Positions 50,705 through 64,000 of a stretch of 64,000 nt of DNA are shown piece after piece; within the stretch, counting starts at the first letter, position 1, and each line of letters starts with the position of its first letter. The notes beneath the pieces are model-generated. The model saw only the letters and a list, made by a program, of their open reading frames with translations. It was not told where the DNA came from and ran no database searches. This DNA is from Paraphysomonas bandaiensis (taxonomy: Eukaryota; Protista; Chrysophyceae): NCBI GenBank assembly GCA_965644295.1, contig CBFFRP010000333.1, forward strand, positions 64,538-128,537. The letters are read 5' to 3'. A program made the position numbers and the translations under genes.

Positions 50705-52681
50705 TCACATTTTGTACACAGCATCGTGATATGCTCGCATGATCTCATCTACAGGACCTTTTGGCAAACTTGTTGCCATCCCATATATGGCCGCCGTGCC
50801 CCCTATTTTTTCACACCCTTTGCTCAGTAAGTTTCGTACTTCCTCCTGAAGCTCGGACAAAAACTCCTGTTCGTGCCCAACAAATTTGACAGTGCAGCAG
50901 ATATGTATCCCAGGGGGGTACTGGAGAAGGTTGAGAGCCCATCCTCGCTTAGTCATTGCGTCTCCCACCGCATATATATTCAGATCCTCCCGATCCGCCT
51001 CGAAACACACGATCATGGCCTGAGATTGGCCAACGACTCGGAGACCGTCTATGCTTGCCACCCCATCAGATACTATCTTTACACATTCCATGATATCTCG
51101 TGTGTGACGCAAGTAACCGTCCTCGCCGAGGCTAACCATACTCGCCCAACATTGCGCTATCATACCAGATGACCTGCTGCCAGCAATAGCAGGGGTGGTG
51201 TAGAGCCCACCAGGGAACTTCGGGTAGCAAAAATACTGTGAGCGCCTCAGCTCTTGATTGCGGTATAACACAACGGATGTTCCTTTCAGCGCGTACCCAA
51301 ATTTGTGAGTGTCAACGGACATACTTGTAACTCCCGGTAGGTCGAAGTCAAAGGCTGCTCATAAATGGGTAATGTACGTAAGCCAATGCAGTAAAAAGGA
51401 AATTAACAATGACACATATATATATATCATACATTCAAGTATACTACTGCATTGGTCACCTGGTATATCGTATCCAAGTTTTCTTGCAAAAGGCAGAACA
51501 AATCCACCCAGACAGCAGTCCACATGAAGTCCAATGTTATACCGTACAGCTAGACGGCTCATATGCTCAATGTCGTCAATTACACCCTGAGGATACTGCG
51601 GTGCAGAGCCGTATAACATAATTGTATTGGGTCCAATTGCACGGTGCATCGCTACCATGTCACACTTGTATGTCACGGGATCCATCGGAACCTTAATAAG
51701 TCGTATACCAAGGAGTGAGCAGGCTTTGTCAATGGCTGCATGGGCGGATACACAAGCCACAATCTCAGGTTCAACGATGCCGTGCTTTGAACGAAAATGT
51801 TCCCTGTGGGTCTTTGTAGCAAGCATTATACTCTCTGTTCCACCTGAAGTTGTTGACCTATAAAATAAATTCGATTAGAAACAAGAATCATAGGGGGAAT
51901 GAAATACTAGGAGTAAAGCATTTACACAACATAGTCCTTACCCGCACACACTATCGAGTGTAGTCGTCATGAGACTGGCGCACATGGAAATAATCTCTGC
52001 TTCCAGCTTGGTGCTGCTAGGCCAGAGGTCAGGGTGCAACGGATTCGCGAGGGAATATAGACTAAAAGCTGAGTTAAGAAGTTGCTGATGTGCTCTGTCT
52101 CCGTGATAGACTGCACCAGACACACGACCTTGTTCCCACACGATGTCCTCCTTTTGCAAAATAGACTCCAAGAAAGACAGAATACTAGCGGCTGACATAC
52201 CTGTCTTAGGTAACACAGCCATTTGTTGACCCATAGCTCGAGTCTTTGTCTTGAGTTGTTCATCAATAACTTCCTCCATTTTTGCTCTTTCTTTCGCAAT
52301 TTCTTTTTGAATAACTGGCAGATATTTGATAGCATCGTAAATACTGTCCAAAACAATATTATATATCGCTGTAATATCCAAAGTAATGGCATGCGAGACT
52401 GACTTAATCACTGCATAAGCGAGCCAACAACCAACAGCATCACCAACAACAATACTTGCAGTATTTCCACTCTCACGAATTCGTTGAAGTATGATAGCTA
52501 GTAAGCTTTCATCATTGGAGCAATAAATGGCTCGATATATGATAGCAGCAACACTTGCCGGAAGAAGAAGCCTTCTAACGTAACGGTATATATGCATCCT
52601 CATGAGCACTGCAGAGCCTCCCACAACAAGAGGAACCGCATACCGCATAGTCTTGAGTTTATTCAAACTGATGTCTGCCAT
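50705..52681 (-). CDS. SGPL1: Sphingosine-1-phosphate lyase (PLP-dependent)
   Basis: GRVSGAVYHG, NPLHPDLWP, TSGGTESI, HAAIDKA, HVDCCLGGF, PLP lysine in SVDTHKFG, AGSRS. Confidence 0.95.
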
Positions 52682-53098
52682 GAACTCTTGTGTAATATTC
52701 GTCGAGGACGACTGATTTTGTCAATAGCTAAGATATCAGGTGCAGCACATGCATCATGTATGCATAGCTACGTCAAATGGATAGCACACACCACACCAGA
52801 GCCAAACAAGATCCACCCTGTACCGTATACCGGCCCGGTATACCGTACCATACTACACGTCCTCGAGACCTGTCATACAGTGCTGTATTCGCACTGTATT
52901 CGTGAATGTCTTTGTCGTATTGCATGGTGTAGAGCTGAGCGAGTTACTTGTGTATGGCTCTGCTCATATAGACAGGCACGTAGAGAGATAGTCAGAATAG
53001 CCATACTGAAGAAACAAGACTCAACTGGATTAGAGATACCACGCCAACTAATTCGGAGTTTGTGTTGTTTTATTAATTGAGATTGATACGATAGAAAT

Positions 53099-53907
53099 AT
53101 GCAGGGGGCTAGCACAATGCGTAACGCTATCAAGCGTATTACGCACAAGGAAAGAGCACAACCAGCTCACCGAAAGAAGTTGGGGTTACTGGAGAAGCAC
53201 AAAGACTATGTGGAGCGCGCAAAGGTCTATTGGTAATACTTTGTTTTAGCTTATGCTCATATTTCATGTTATAGCACTATCACAAAAAGAAGGACTATAT
53301 GAATGTTTTGAAGAAGAAGGCAGCAGAGCGCAACCCTGATGAGTTTTATTTTAAAATGAACAGTTCTGAAGTATCCAAAGGGGTGCACAGAGACCTTGAT
53401 AGCGGAAGTTTGGACACAGAAACAGTGAAGCTATTGAAAACCCAAGATTTGGGTTACTTAGTACATAAAGCATCAATAGACTTGAAGAAGGCCGAGAAAT
53501 TGCAGAACAACTTGCACTTGATTGGTGATAGAAAGCCGCGCGAACACAAGCTATTTGTTGAAGATAAATCTGAAGTTGACGAGTTTAATGTTGCATCACG
53601 ATTTGATACAGTGCCAGAACTTGCCGATAGAACATACAACCGCCCTCGAGTTAAGGATATTGAACGCGGAGTGATCATCGGAGGGAAGACTACAAAGGAT
53701 GTTAAAAAAGCACAAAAGCTTACAGCAAAGTCGTATGATGAATTAAATAAACGGATAAAGAGGGCTGAAAGGCTGAAAAAAGCTGCAAAATGTGTGCAAT
53801 TGCAGAAAAATCTGATGGGGAAGGGGTCGAAAAGGAAAATAGTGGATGGTAATGACAGTAAATCCGGAGTACCAGTTTTTAAGTGGAAAAGGCAAAGAAC
53901 TAAGTAG
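53099..53907 (+). CDS. UTP11: U3 snoRNA-associated protein UTP11, 2 exons
   Basis: [45 protein letters not shown]. Intron 53225-53274. Confidence 0.95.
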
Positions 53908-55569
53908 AATAAACATTGATAGTGGATATGTAGTGTTAGGGATACTTATGTTTGAAAGTAATCTTGATAATAATGTAGTTTTTGATACTATAGTACCATG
54001 CAGTAGTTCTTGAATTCAGTTTTAAAGAATATATTTGCGTCAAGTATTTTCAAATTAATAGTTAGTACCCTTTGACTTAAATATAACATTGACTAAAACA
54101 TATAGTCAGCGATCATAATAATTCTATCAGTCGACATTCAAAAACACAGCTGCCTCTGAAATCACCCAGATGAGTGTTGAATCATTCATTTTTCGCAGAG
54201 AGATATTTATTCTTTTCTTTGATTACATTCATATCTTTCTACCATAAGTGATAGGATGGCGTCACAAAACACAATTGGAGAGCTCGCTCCCTCCTCTGTC
54301 CTAGATTTCACATTTATATCACACATCACACTATCGCCAAATTGGTTGAATTTACCACTAGAAGAGCACCCAGTACAATTTATCGAATTCCTTGTACATA
54401 ACAAGTAAAATTAAATATGAGTAGTAGGATTTAATATATGTTGAGAAGTATCTCTATCAAGAGTAGAATATACACCCCCGTTGAAAAATGTATGAGCTAA
54501 AGGTCATAACTCCAGCACCACTGGATTTCAGTTATACAAAACTTTTGGCTTAATCCATTCTTTGAAGTTCTTCTGCTTTAAAAAAGCCATTGACTACACT
54601 CTAATACAGAGAATTATCCACATATGGTTTCAAAATTTAAGGTTTAATCAGTTATTACATACGAATGCGTAATTAAAATTACGCTACACAATATAATTAG
54701 GCTCCATACGCGATACAAAAATTCCTGGGGTTCATCAGTTTCAGCTCCCTTCTTAAGCAATACATGTGCTGCTGTCACTAGGAATAGATTCCATAGTTGC
54801 AATAACAAAATATCTAGGATGACTAACGTTTCTTAGCCGAACAACACACATTGTATGTCAATTACTCAAGTCAGAGAGTCACTACTCGAATCTGGTGTAG
54901 TCATTCATTGTTTGCATCAGAGGCCCTCCTATTGCATGAATGACGTGCGGCTGTAGACTATATACTTGTCTACATGTAATGCATTTAAAGCAAACGTATG
55001 TCCACCGGGTGCAAGGACATCATGAATCATATCCTTTCAAGATCTTCCATGCGTTGCAATAGAGTAAACTCGAATAACACACACACACACATGTACACAG
55101 CACAGCAGCAATATCTAGGTATGCATCATATTCAGATATATGATATCGCTCATATCTAGATACTGTACAATACACAGTGCTCCAGTAGCAGCCTGTACGC
55201 ATGTATGTACTCCCCATGTATGTACGTAGGTACGTAGTGTCTCACTCTGCTGTTCGGATTTCAATAAACTGAAAAAAACTACAGAAGATTCTACCAAAAA
55301 AAAGCCTTGAAAGAAATAAAACGGTTACTATTTTTGGCAGTTGCACATTGTGTTGGATGGTATGTGTATGTATGTATGTATGTATATGTATGTGTGTAGG
55401 TGTATGTAGAGAGCAGCTATGTATGTGTAGATGCCATGCTGGGCAGATATATAGATATATGCATGGCTGTTTAAGTAGTCATAACATCCATCTAGGGTAT
55501 AACCTGGACAATTAGTAGATTAGATCTGCAATTATTTTGTGATACCCTTTACAGTACATTGTGATTGTC

Positions 55570-58500
55570 ATGGAGGTATTGGGGGTGCTCGGATATAGCG
55601 GTGAGCAGCTAGGATTCTTGACCTCTGAAAACTTCTCTTTTGCATCCGGAAATGGTCTCTGTGTCATTGATGTAAACAAGGGGCCCAAAGATGTCATATG
55701 GAAATCAGTTAAAGGGATTCAAAAGTGGGCTTTTAATGCCGCTAGCAATAAACTTGTCATAGCTCCAAAGATTGATGGCGACAGTATTGCACTCATGACA
55801 TTGCCGGAATACAAAAACTCAGTGCCGTTACCCAATCCAACTGGAGGAAAGATCATTGATTTTTCGTTTTCAATGGATGGTATGTATTTACTGGGATTAA
55901 GTGATAATACAGATCCGCGGGTGTTTATGTGGAACACGCAGACCAATAGAGTTTTATTTTGTGTGGAGCTTCCAGTCCAATGTGAAAAATGTGTCATGCA
56001 TCCGATAGATAATATGATGTTCACAGCATTTGGTGCTTCTGGACTCGTATTGGGTTCACTACAAGAAGTTTTAGAGGAGTATGATGTTAAGTTTGAAGTA
56101 ATGCCAATCCCATCATCTGAAGTGTCCATTGCTAGCACTCACAGCTGTACCAGCGACAGACAACCCACCATTAGTGGACATGTTGGCGTAACTTGCGCTT
56201 GCTGGACTCCCCCGAATGGCCTATTGATTGGTACCGCCGAAGGCAGCGTTTTCTTCGTGGATGCTTTAAATAAATTTGTACATCCTATTATTAACGTTGG
56301 CACTTCCTTGCCATCACCATCGATAGTTTCCGTTGTGGTTTCATCAGTAAATATCATAGTTGGTGCTTCTTCTGGACATGTATATTGGTACACGTTTAGT
56401 CCGTCGGACCTCACGACAGAGTATTTATCGGATATTTCGCCAGAGCTGTTACAGCCATTGCAGGTGATGACAATGGTTAACCAGATCGGTCACGAACATG
56501 AGAGCACTGGTTTCCTATCCACACTGGTGGTGGATCCTGAATTCACCAATTGCGTTGCAGGAACAACACAAGGAATGATTTATAAGTTTGCAGTAGATGT
56601 TCAAGAAAGAATGAAGGTTGAAGATGCGGATGATGACATTGCTGTCAGCGCCCAGCCCAGTAGTGAGGGAGAAGCGCTCGAAGTATCAACTGTTCCAACG
56701 TATGTTCTACACCCTGGTGTGGCGGTATGTGCGCATGCTATTTCTATTCCTATCAGCGACTTTGCCGCCACTGCCTCACCTAGTGGGGACAACGCTATAA
56801 TTAACAACTTTGACCACACAGAGAGTGTACAGATTGTAATAACTGGATCATATTCTGGTGCTGTCACGTTTTGGCGTTCACTTAACTGCGCTGAATCGTC
56901 TGCTTTACCTAGTGGTAAGATGAGCTCCTTGAGTGGTACTGGTGGTATTGTGAAATCTATTCCGAAAGTCCCGTTGCGTTTGTGCAGGTACTGTGCTGGT
57001 GAAGGCCTCGATGAGAGCGAACTTAATGACAGTTCTTTTCCAAATGCAATTACCTGCTTCGAAACCCTCTCAGTTGCTAGTTACGGAGGTGGGAAGCTTA
57101 TTGCCGTGGGTACAGTGAGTGGATGGCTGGAAGTATGGCGTGTTGAGGCATTTATGAGGGATTCTGAAAATGATGAGCTTGCCGATGAGCTCAATGAGGA
57201 AGATGCGTTGAATAATGTACGCGCTGGTGTTAAACTTATATATAGACGTCGGTTCTACAGAACTGCACTCACGGCTATCAGCTCGTCTGACACCCAAGCA
57301 TGCTTCGCGATTGCATCTCAGTTTGACAGCACAGTATATGTGATCAATACTTCTCCGAAATCTAAGCTCACTGAAGTGAAGAGTTTCACTTTAGGTGATT
57401 TAAGTAACCACGCAGTGGGTCTGTCTTGGAGTGGTCCACTTCTCTGGGTATCATCACACTCCGGTATATTTTTTACGTTTCTTCCTGATATGAATTTTAC
57501 TTCCGAAGGCAGCGATGAGGAAAGCAGTTCTACATCTACATCTCCATCCTTTGCTGATATTAACCCCATTAATCCCAAGGCAATGTGGGAAGGCTCTATT
57601 AAGGCGATAGGGTGTGCAGTACCCATGGCCGGTTCTGTTGGTGGTGGAATATTTGCTAGATATGATGTACCGATTATATCTGTTTTGGACTCTTTCCCAA
57701 GTGTATTTGACCTTGAACAGCACAACCTGTTGCATAATGAAGAGAATACTGCAGAAGATGAACAACCCGAAGTTCCTATGCTTCCGATGCCGGGTGGCAT
57801 CAAGCACTCCCCGCGCATTGACAGTCCGATTCTGTGTTCTGCTCGTGCTAATGGGAACCAGTTGTATGCGACGGGATGTGCAGACGGTTCAATCTATGTA
57901 TGGAAAGCACGCCGGGGAGAAATTAACCTTGTGAACCGATATCAGCCACACTCTGTGCCTGTGATTGCGATCGTGTTTTCTATCGACTCCTCTCAGCTTG
58001 TGTCCTGTGCATCCGATGGGTCTATTTATGTCACAATTGTTGAGAAGAGCTTGATGTCGTCAAGTCCTATTGTTGGGTTGTTGCTTGAAAATGACTTAGA
58101 TGAGATGAATAGCACTGGCTCTGTGGTATCAGAAAATTCACTTTTCCTGGATCAACAACGATACAAAGTCTCGCAACAACTGAAAGAATCTTTTAAGAGC
58201 AAACATATTCACTTCCAGAGTATAGTTGAGAATATTGCTAATCGTCTTCAAACACTCCTAACTCGTAACGCTGATGCTAATGAACTGGAAAAAATGGATC
58301 TAAGTGAATTCGTAATTGACGTGAAGCGTAAGGATGAGATATTACAAAATAATATTGATCGGGTGAACAAGATTCAAGAAATGTATGCCAGGAAGAATGC
58401 TGCAAATGAACTCATTGCAGCAAGAATTAGGCAGCAGTGCTGGGATTCTATGGAAAAGCATTCTGTCAGCCTCTTTCCAATTCAGGATTGTCACTCAATG

Positions 58501-61377
58501 AAGGTTACCGTTGCGTCGTTTCCTGTCGAAAAGGTCACCGATAGAATGCGTATTATATTGGATCGAGTGAAACGATTACGTGCTATTGAAATAATATCTC
58601 AGAAAGCAAGTTTCAACACCAAAGGCGGAGGACACATAGATCGTGTGAAGTCTGGAAACTTTCGATGCTCCTGGGGTCGTAATAACCATGGATGTCCCAG
58701 TATGATATCGTGGCTATTGAATGATGGAACCCGCTGGCCCATCGATGACGTTGTCAAAGTCATTATCGAACAAGATAGAATTAATGCTGCAGCAAAGGAT
58801 GCTGGTGATAGTGCTTCACCAACAAAAGAAGGAAAGGAGGGGGATTCGAAGAAAAAGATGGAAAAGCAAGAATCAACCCACGCTCCTTCTGCGGTAGAAG
58901 ATGACGACGATATCAGCCTTACTGCTGACATGAGTATTGCTGACCAGGATATCGATACGAAGAATATTTTCAATTTGTTATATTCACCACAAACAGTTCG
59001 TACACAAGTGCAGAAACGTATGCAGATCATTTTCCTGAAAGAAATTTTACGTATCGTGAAGACGAATTTCAACAAACATTTTGATAAGCTGTATCAGGAA
59101 AAAGAAGATGTTGTGTCTGGAATAAATGCAAAGAACGCCCGTATTAAAGAAATTGCGTCTGAACTGGATGTTATGGACGAAGGTAGTGGAGTGGAACCCA
59201 AGTGGGACGACACTGAGATACACGACTCTGCCATAACTGTCAGTGATGAGGAGGTAAAGAGTCGTCCATATGAGACTGAGAAGATGCGTCGCCTACGCCT
59301 GGAGGAAGAAGAGAGGAAGCGTAGGGAAGCAGCAAATGACGACGATGATGGGAAGCAAAGGGCATTGAATGATATGATGAATGGTACACTGGAAGTTAAG
59401 AGAGATGTGTTTGCCGAGGCATCTGCCTTGCAGCGTCCTGCTTGGATGGATGAAATTCCTCCAGAAGTAATGACGGATGCTCAGAAGAAGGAAGTTGAAG
59501 AGTTTGATGAGAAATACGCTGCTTTACAGGACGAGAAGGCGAAGTACAGGAAAAGTCTCGAAATCGAAATGAAGCGCCTGAAAGTCGAAGTTCAGGAATC
59601 ATCGAAGGCGTTTGACGAAAAATTGGTTCAAATGTCTAGGATCAAAATGCTTACACAGCGGGAGATTTTGGCGCAGGAGCTTTACATTAGTCGTTTGGCG
59701 CTGTCCATGGTGAAACGTGAACAGGCGTGGTCTATGCTAAAAGATACGGAAGAGTCAATCGAAAAGTGTCGGGTAAAACGCGAGAAAATTAATTCGAAGA
59801 TTGATAGATTATCGATTGCGGTTGAGGAGGCAAAACAGCGACTTCAAACGGCTCAAGATGAAGAAAAAGCATTGGACCGATCTTTCAAGAGAGATTTACA
59901 GACGTTGTGCAACACAACATTTGATCAAGATACATTAAAACTGTTTTCTCAACTTTACCGAATGCGTAAATATAACACTGTTGGTGTATCAGTGCACGAC
60001 GAAGCTTCTGAAGTGTCAGATCATGTCGAGGGTAGGGCTTCTGGAAGAACTAGTACGAAGCGAAGGACTAGTCTTAAGCGCAGTATGGGAAGCTCTAAGG
60101 ACAAATCTAGCATGCGCAAGTCAAAGGGAAACAGCGTTTCTAACAGAGGAGAAGCGCTCGGTCCTCTTCAGATGGCCGCGAAAGAAATGATTGAGCAAGA
60201 TGCGCAAACGAAATCGCAGGCATCGTTTAAACTCAAGGATCCCTTTTATCAGATTCTCGTGGCCCAAGAACGCGAACAAAAAATGGCTGATAGTCAGATT
60301 CCTTTACTATCTCCCCTACATATTGAGCTTGATTGTCCCGAGGGTTTCAATGTTGATCCATATGTCTGGTCTAAGCTCCAGGAGCTTCGACTTACTCGAA
60401 TATCTAAAGAAATCGAGGCAAAGAACGAGCTGAAGAAATACAGTGAATTGAAGAAGAAACTTGATAGTTTGTCCAACGAGGAAGATGCTGTACACGCGGA
60501 GGCGGTTAGTTTGCGCTCGAAGCGTGAGAGTATCATTGAGCGTATTGTGAACTTGATGGAAGATTTGGAGGTAGTAATTGCTGCGAAACAAGGGCAGGAA
60601 GAAGTGGATTCGGATGCCGTTGTGACAGACTATAGCGATGCGAAGTTGATACCAACATCTATTATTAAGAAATACAATACACGTATCAATGAGCTAGGAA
60701 AGGAGAAAATTGGAGTCTTAGTTAAAATAAAACAGTTCCGGCGTAAAATGAATTTGGTTGATTGGGAAGCTCAACATTTGCAACTCGAGGCATGGCACCT
60801 GGAGGAATATTATACCGATTCCCAATTGTTTAGAGTTACCCGTGACCTGCAACGTGTTATTAAGGACGGATCAGATGCTGACCAAGCGAAGGTACCTTCG
60901 TATATTTGTAATACATCGTATGTAATACTTTGTTTTTAGGGCCGCCAAGAAAAAATTTCTGTCAGAAAAGATTTCAAAAAGAAAGATGCCGAGACTAAGC
61001 TTGCAAAAATATCGAAAGCTATTGAGCTGATGAAGGCCCAAATTGAGGAGCGTGAGTCTGAAAACAGAAAGTTCCAAGAAAAGATTAGCACGTTGAGAGG
61101 AGAAGTAGCAGTGCGAGAACAAGTTGTGAGACATGGCTCTCGTGGTTCAGGCAGTGTTGGAGGTGGTGAAGGCCTTGCCGCGACCTCGACTTTGAGAGCC
61201 ACGGCGAGAATGAAGAAGGTTGTCGCCCGAAGAAAATTGGTTGATACTGCACGTGTACAAGCCGAGGAGATAGATTACCTAAAGCAAGAGCTTGACAAAA
61301 TGCGCCAGAAAACTTTTCCGAGTTTTGTTCGAGCAACTCGCACTCGTCTTGTCTACAATCCAGATGAAAGAGTGTAA
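55570..61377 (+). CDS. CFAP43: Cilia- and flagella-associated protein 43 (WD40 + coiled coil), 2 exons
   Basis: N-terminal WD-like repeats, RALNDMMNGTLEVKR, long coiled coil, KQGQEEV, C-terminal RRKLVDTARVQAEEIDYLKQELDKMRQKTFPSF. Intron 60892-60939. Confidence 0.87.
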
Positions 61378-62914
61378 TATTGCTATATTTCTGCATGTTT
61401 GCGAATTATCATCCATATCCTGATTGTATACCAGTAATCGAAGTATTTGTTATGTTAATGAATAACGTTGTTGATTTTAACTGCTGGCTTCAATTGCGTT
61501 TTTGTGATATAGTTGCATGTTATGAAAACACGCTCAACGACCAGTGACAGAATATCAAATACGATAGCGAGAATGGTACAGTGCGATATGTAACCGAAAT
61601 ATCTGGTCAAGGGATAATATTAGGACTCAACACGATTTACAATATTAGCAACATGAGCTCAACATATTAAACAAATCAACTCAGAAAATTTGAGGCAATA
61701 ATTTAAAGATTTTAAATTGTAAAGGGCTAATTTTGACACTTTGTTTTAGAATTAACACCTTGTTTTTGTTCTTTCTTTCTGAAGTTACAGCAAGTTCAAA
61801 GTTCAATATTATACAGAAAATGTCAAGATATGACACAATTGGATGATTACTAAGTTAACTGGACGTGTATTCACTCATGAATCAAGTTAAGATGAGAGAA
61901 GATTAAAATAAATATAATAAGCAATATATCACGTTATCTCTACTACCACTCATTTCTAGTACGATCTTACATCGTCATGATATCACTTCTCATAATACAG
62001 TTAACCACTACTGTATTCTCCAGTAACCGTCATAATTCCAATATCTTAGAATTACAGCTTTTAATTGCTCAAACAGCAAAACTCAACACTCCCTCTCAAT
62101 TCAAAGCTGTACATTGAATTGTCAAACCACGAGTCATAACTGACGGATACGCAACCACCAAGACCTCATGAGCTGTACATTGAATCTTCACATCGCAAGA
62201 CATAATTGACGGATACTATGTAGATTAAATCATCACATTACGAGGCATAAATAACTGACGGGCAGAATTACAGCTTTTAATTGCTCCAACGGCAAAACTC
62301 AACACTCCCTCTCAATTCAAAGCTGTAGATAGACTCTTCATATCACGAGTCATAACTGACGGATACGCAACCACCAAAAACCTCATAGGACAAACCGGTG
62401 GACGTATGACTCCGACGTTTCAGCAAGTCTCACCATAGACAACACATCTGAAAGATCTTCTGTCTCTGATAACAGCACGTATGATTTCTTATCCTCGTCA
62501 CTGAGATCAATCACACCACATCATTCAACTTCAACGCTAAGTCGCGAGCACCCTGGCTGTCAGGAAGAATGGAGTGGGTTCGTACAATCGAAGTCCCAGT
62601 TCGACCAACACCCCCCGAAGCCACACCAGTTCCTGCATGCCAGCAGACTGAAGCAAATCAAGGCAATTAACAAACTTCGCATATATTGTGATTTGGTCTC
62701 TCTACAATTAGACATATTATGTTAGTTATTAGAACAGTCACTGTCATCACACAGATTGACAATCTCCTCATCATAAAGGTTTACCTCACCCAGGATGGAC
62801 ACACTAGTCAACACCCGTACGCTTACCAGACAAGTCTCCCTAGACTCAGCAGGTACAGTCTCACAGACACGATTCACGCTGATCTCACTAGACTTAGTAT
62901 ACACAGTATCACTA

Positions 62915-63222
62915 GGCAAAGTACGAAGGGACATTCTCTTCCCTGGAATCTCATCCGCCGTATAGACTTATTGGGCGCACCACCCAAAGCCGGCGTGTAG
63001 ATGAAGATCCACCCCTTTTTTCATCACAAAAACGAGGTTTTTATAGTACAGCCGTCTCACTAGATACAGCACTCGCACTACTCTCTGGCAAAGTACGAAG
63101 GGACAATCTCTTCCCTGGAATCTCATCCGCCGTATAGACTTATTGTGCGCTCCCCACGAAGCCGGCGTAGATGAAGACCCACCTCTCTTGTCGTCACAAG
63201 AACGAGGTTTTTAGTACAGCCG
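62915..63222. repeat. Approx. 138-bp internal direct repeat in the LTR element
   Basis: 62915-63054 and 63087-63222 share GGCAAAGTACGAAGGGACA...TAGTACAGCCG. Confidence 0.92.
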
Positions 63223-63719
63223 GCGGTTATACACGTCTATATCGACTATACGATGGCCGAACTCTGCAACAGCTCGAACCAGTGGGTCACTCTTGACAAC
63301 AACCGCCTCAAGCTCATCGTCGATAGCACTCCATCTATCTCATGAGGAACTACTCTCATCATATATAACACAATGGACACGTCTCCTCATCACTCGCACC
63401 CCCATCGACACAACCAGACACATTACTGAATCACCGTGCTCACACTCTGCACATGGGTAGACATCATTCTGATAATTATGCAGGTCTCTTCAGAGGGTTC
63501 ATACATTCATCAACCACTACAACATAGCTACAGTACATAACAATAGCAGTAATCATTTCCAGTCTACTTTTTCTGTCATGTTCGTATGAAAACCCCGATT
63601 TTCATAAATAATACTGGTTTTATATCCTATATACTGTATGTTTCTACTGTACACAGCAGTATCACTCCTCCTTCTCTGTCCAGTTCCATTCCAATGGTCA
63701 CACTTCAGCAGTTGCTTCC

Positions 63720-63737
63720 AACTACCATCCGCTACCA
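63720..63737 (-). promoter_or_regulatory. Primer-binding site, probably for initiator tRNA-Met
   Basis: Abuts the 5' LTR and is complementary to a tRNA 3' end ...ATCCGCT-A-CCA. U72 fits the A1:U72 initiator signature. Confidence 0.75.
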
Positions 63738-64000
63738 TGTCAAGATATGACACAATTGGATGATTACTAAGTTAACTGGACGTGTATTCACTCGTTAATC
63801 AAGTTAATATAAGAGAAGATTATAATAAATATAATAAGCAATATATCACGTTATCTCTACTACCACTCATTTCTAGTACGATCTTACATCGTCATGATAT
63901 CACTTCTCATAATACAGTTAACCACTACTGTATTCTCCAGTAACCGTCATAATTCCAATATCTTAGAATTACAGCTTTTAATTGCTCAAACAGCAAAACT

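Larger units (their letters stand above)
61821..64000 (-). mobile_element. Short non-autonomous Copia-type LTR retroelement (TRIM-like), predicted to end at about 64005
   Basis: LTRs at 61821-62088 and 63738-64000+ (TGTTG...TGACA on minus, 5 mismatches in 263 nt). PBS TGGTAGCGGATGGTAGTT at 63720-63737. PPT TTGAGAGGGAG at 62089-62099. No gag/pol ORF. Confidence 0.9.

Noticed and set aside
55719-60591. Antisense ORFs within CFAP43 and other long genes
   Set aside because: Shadow ORFs of coding sequence with no independent motifs.
62106-62366. Tandem 46-nt units as a CRISPR-like array or retrozyme
   Set aside because: The units are degenerate along their whole length with no unique spacers, there are no cas genes, the context is a eukaryotic LTR element, and CTGACGG lacks the rest of a hammerhead core.

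Overview
This is eukaryotic nuclear DNA, about 40% GC, in the standard genetic code, with short (mostly 40-70 nt) GT-AG introns. The gene content points to a flagellated protist, probably a stramenopile (inference). There are about 17 protein-coding genes: a myristoylated AGC kinase, NBR1-like, PSP1-like, Tudor-C2, RA-PH, WDR17, a signal-peptide TPR/GT41 glycosyltransferase fusion, TauE/SafE, VTC4, an ankyrin protein, IFT27, a TTL-family ligase, SRP9 (absent from the ORF track), a Cys-rich type I membrane protein, a Tudor-TPR protein, S1P lyase, UTP11 and CFAP43. The window also holds tRNA-Asn(GTT), tRNA-Glu(CTC), a (TATG)71 microsatellite, a non-autonomous hAT element with a perfect 8-bp TSD, and a short non-coding Copia-type LTR element at the right edge. 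The most interesting signals are: (i) a nested direct/inverted, hairpin-rich repeat complex starting about 50 bp upstream of tRNA-Asn; (ii) a predicted secretory-pathway GT41 (SPY/OGT-like) enzyme fused to a second putative glycosyltransferase domain; (iii) the TRIM-like LTR element with a duplicated PPT; (iv) purine-pyrimidine-alternating tracts with GTATAC palindromes at promoters; (v) a pre-miRNA-like hairpin. Exon boundaries and family calls were made by eye, without database searches.
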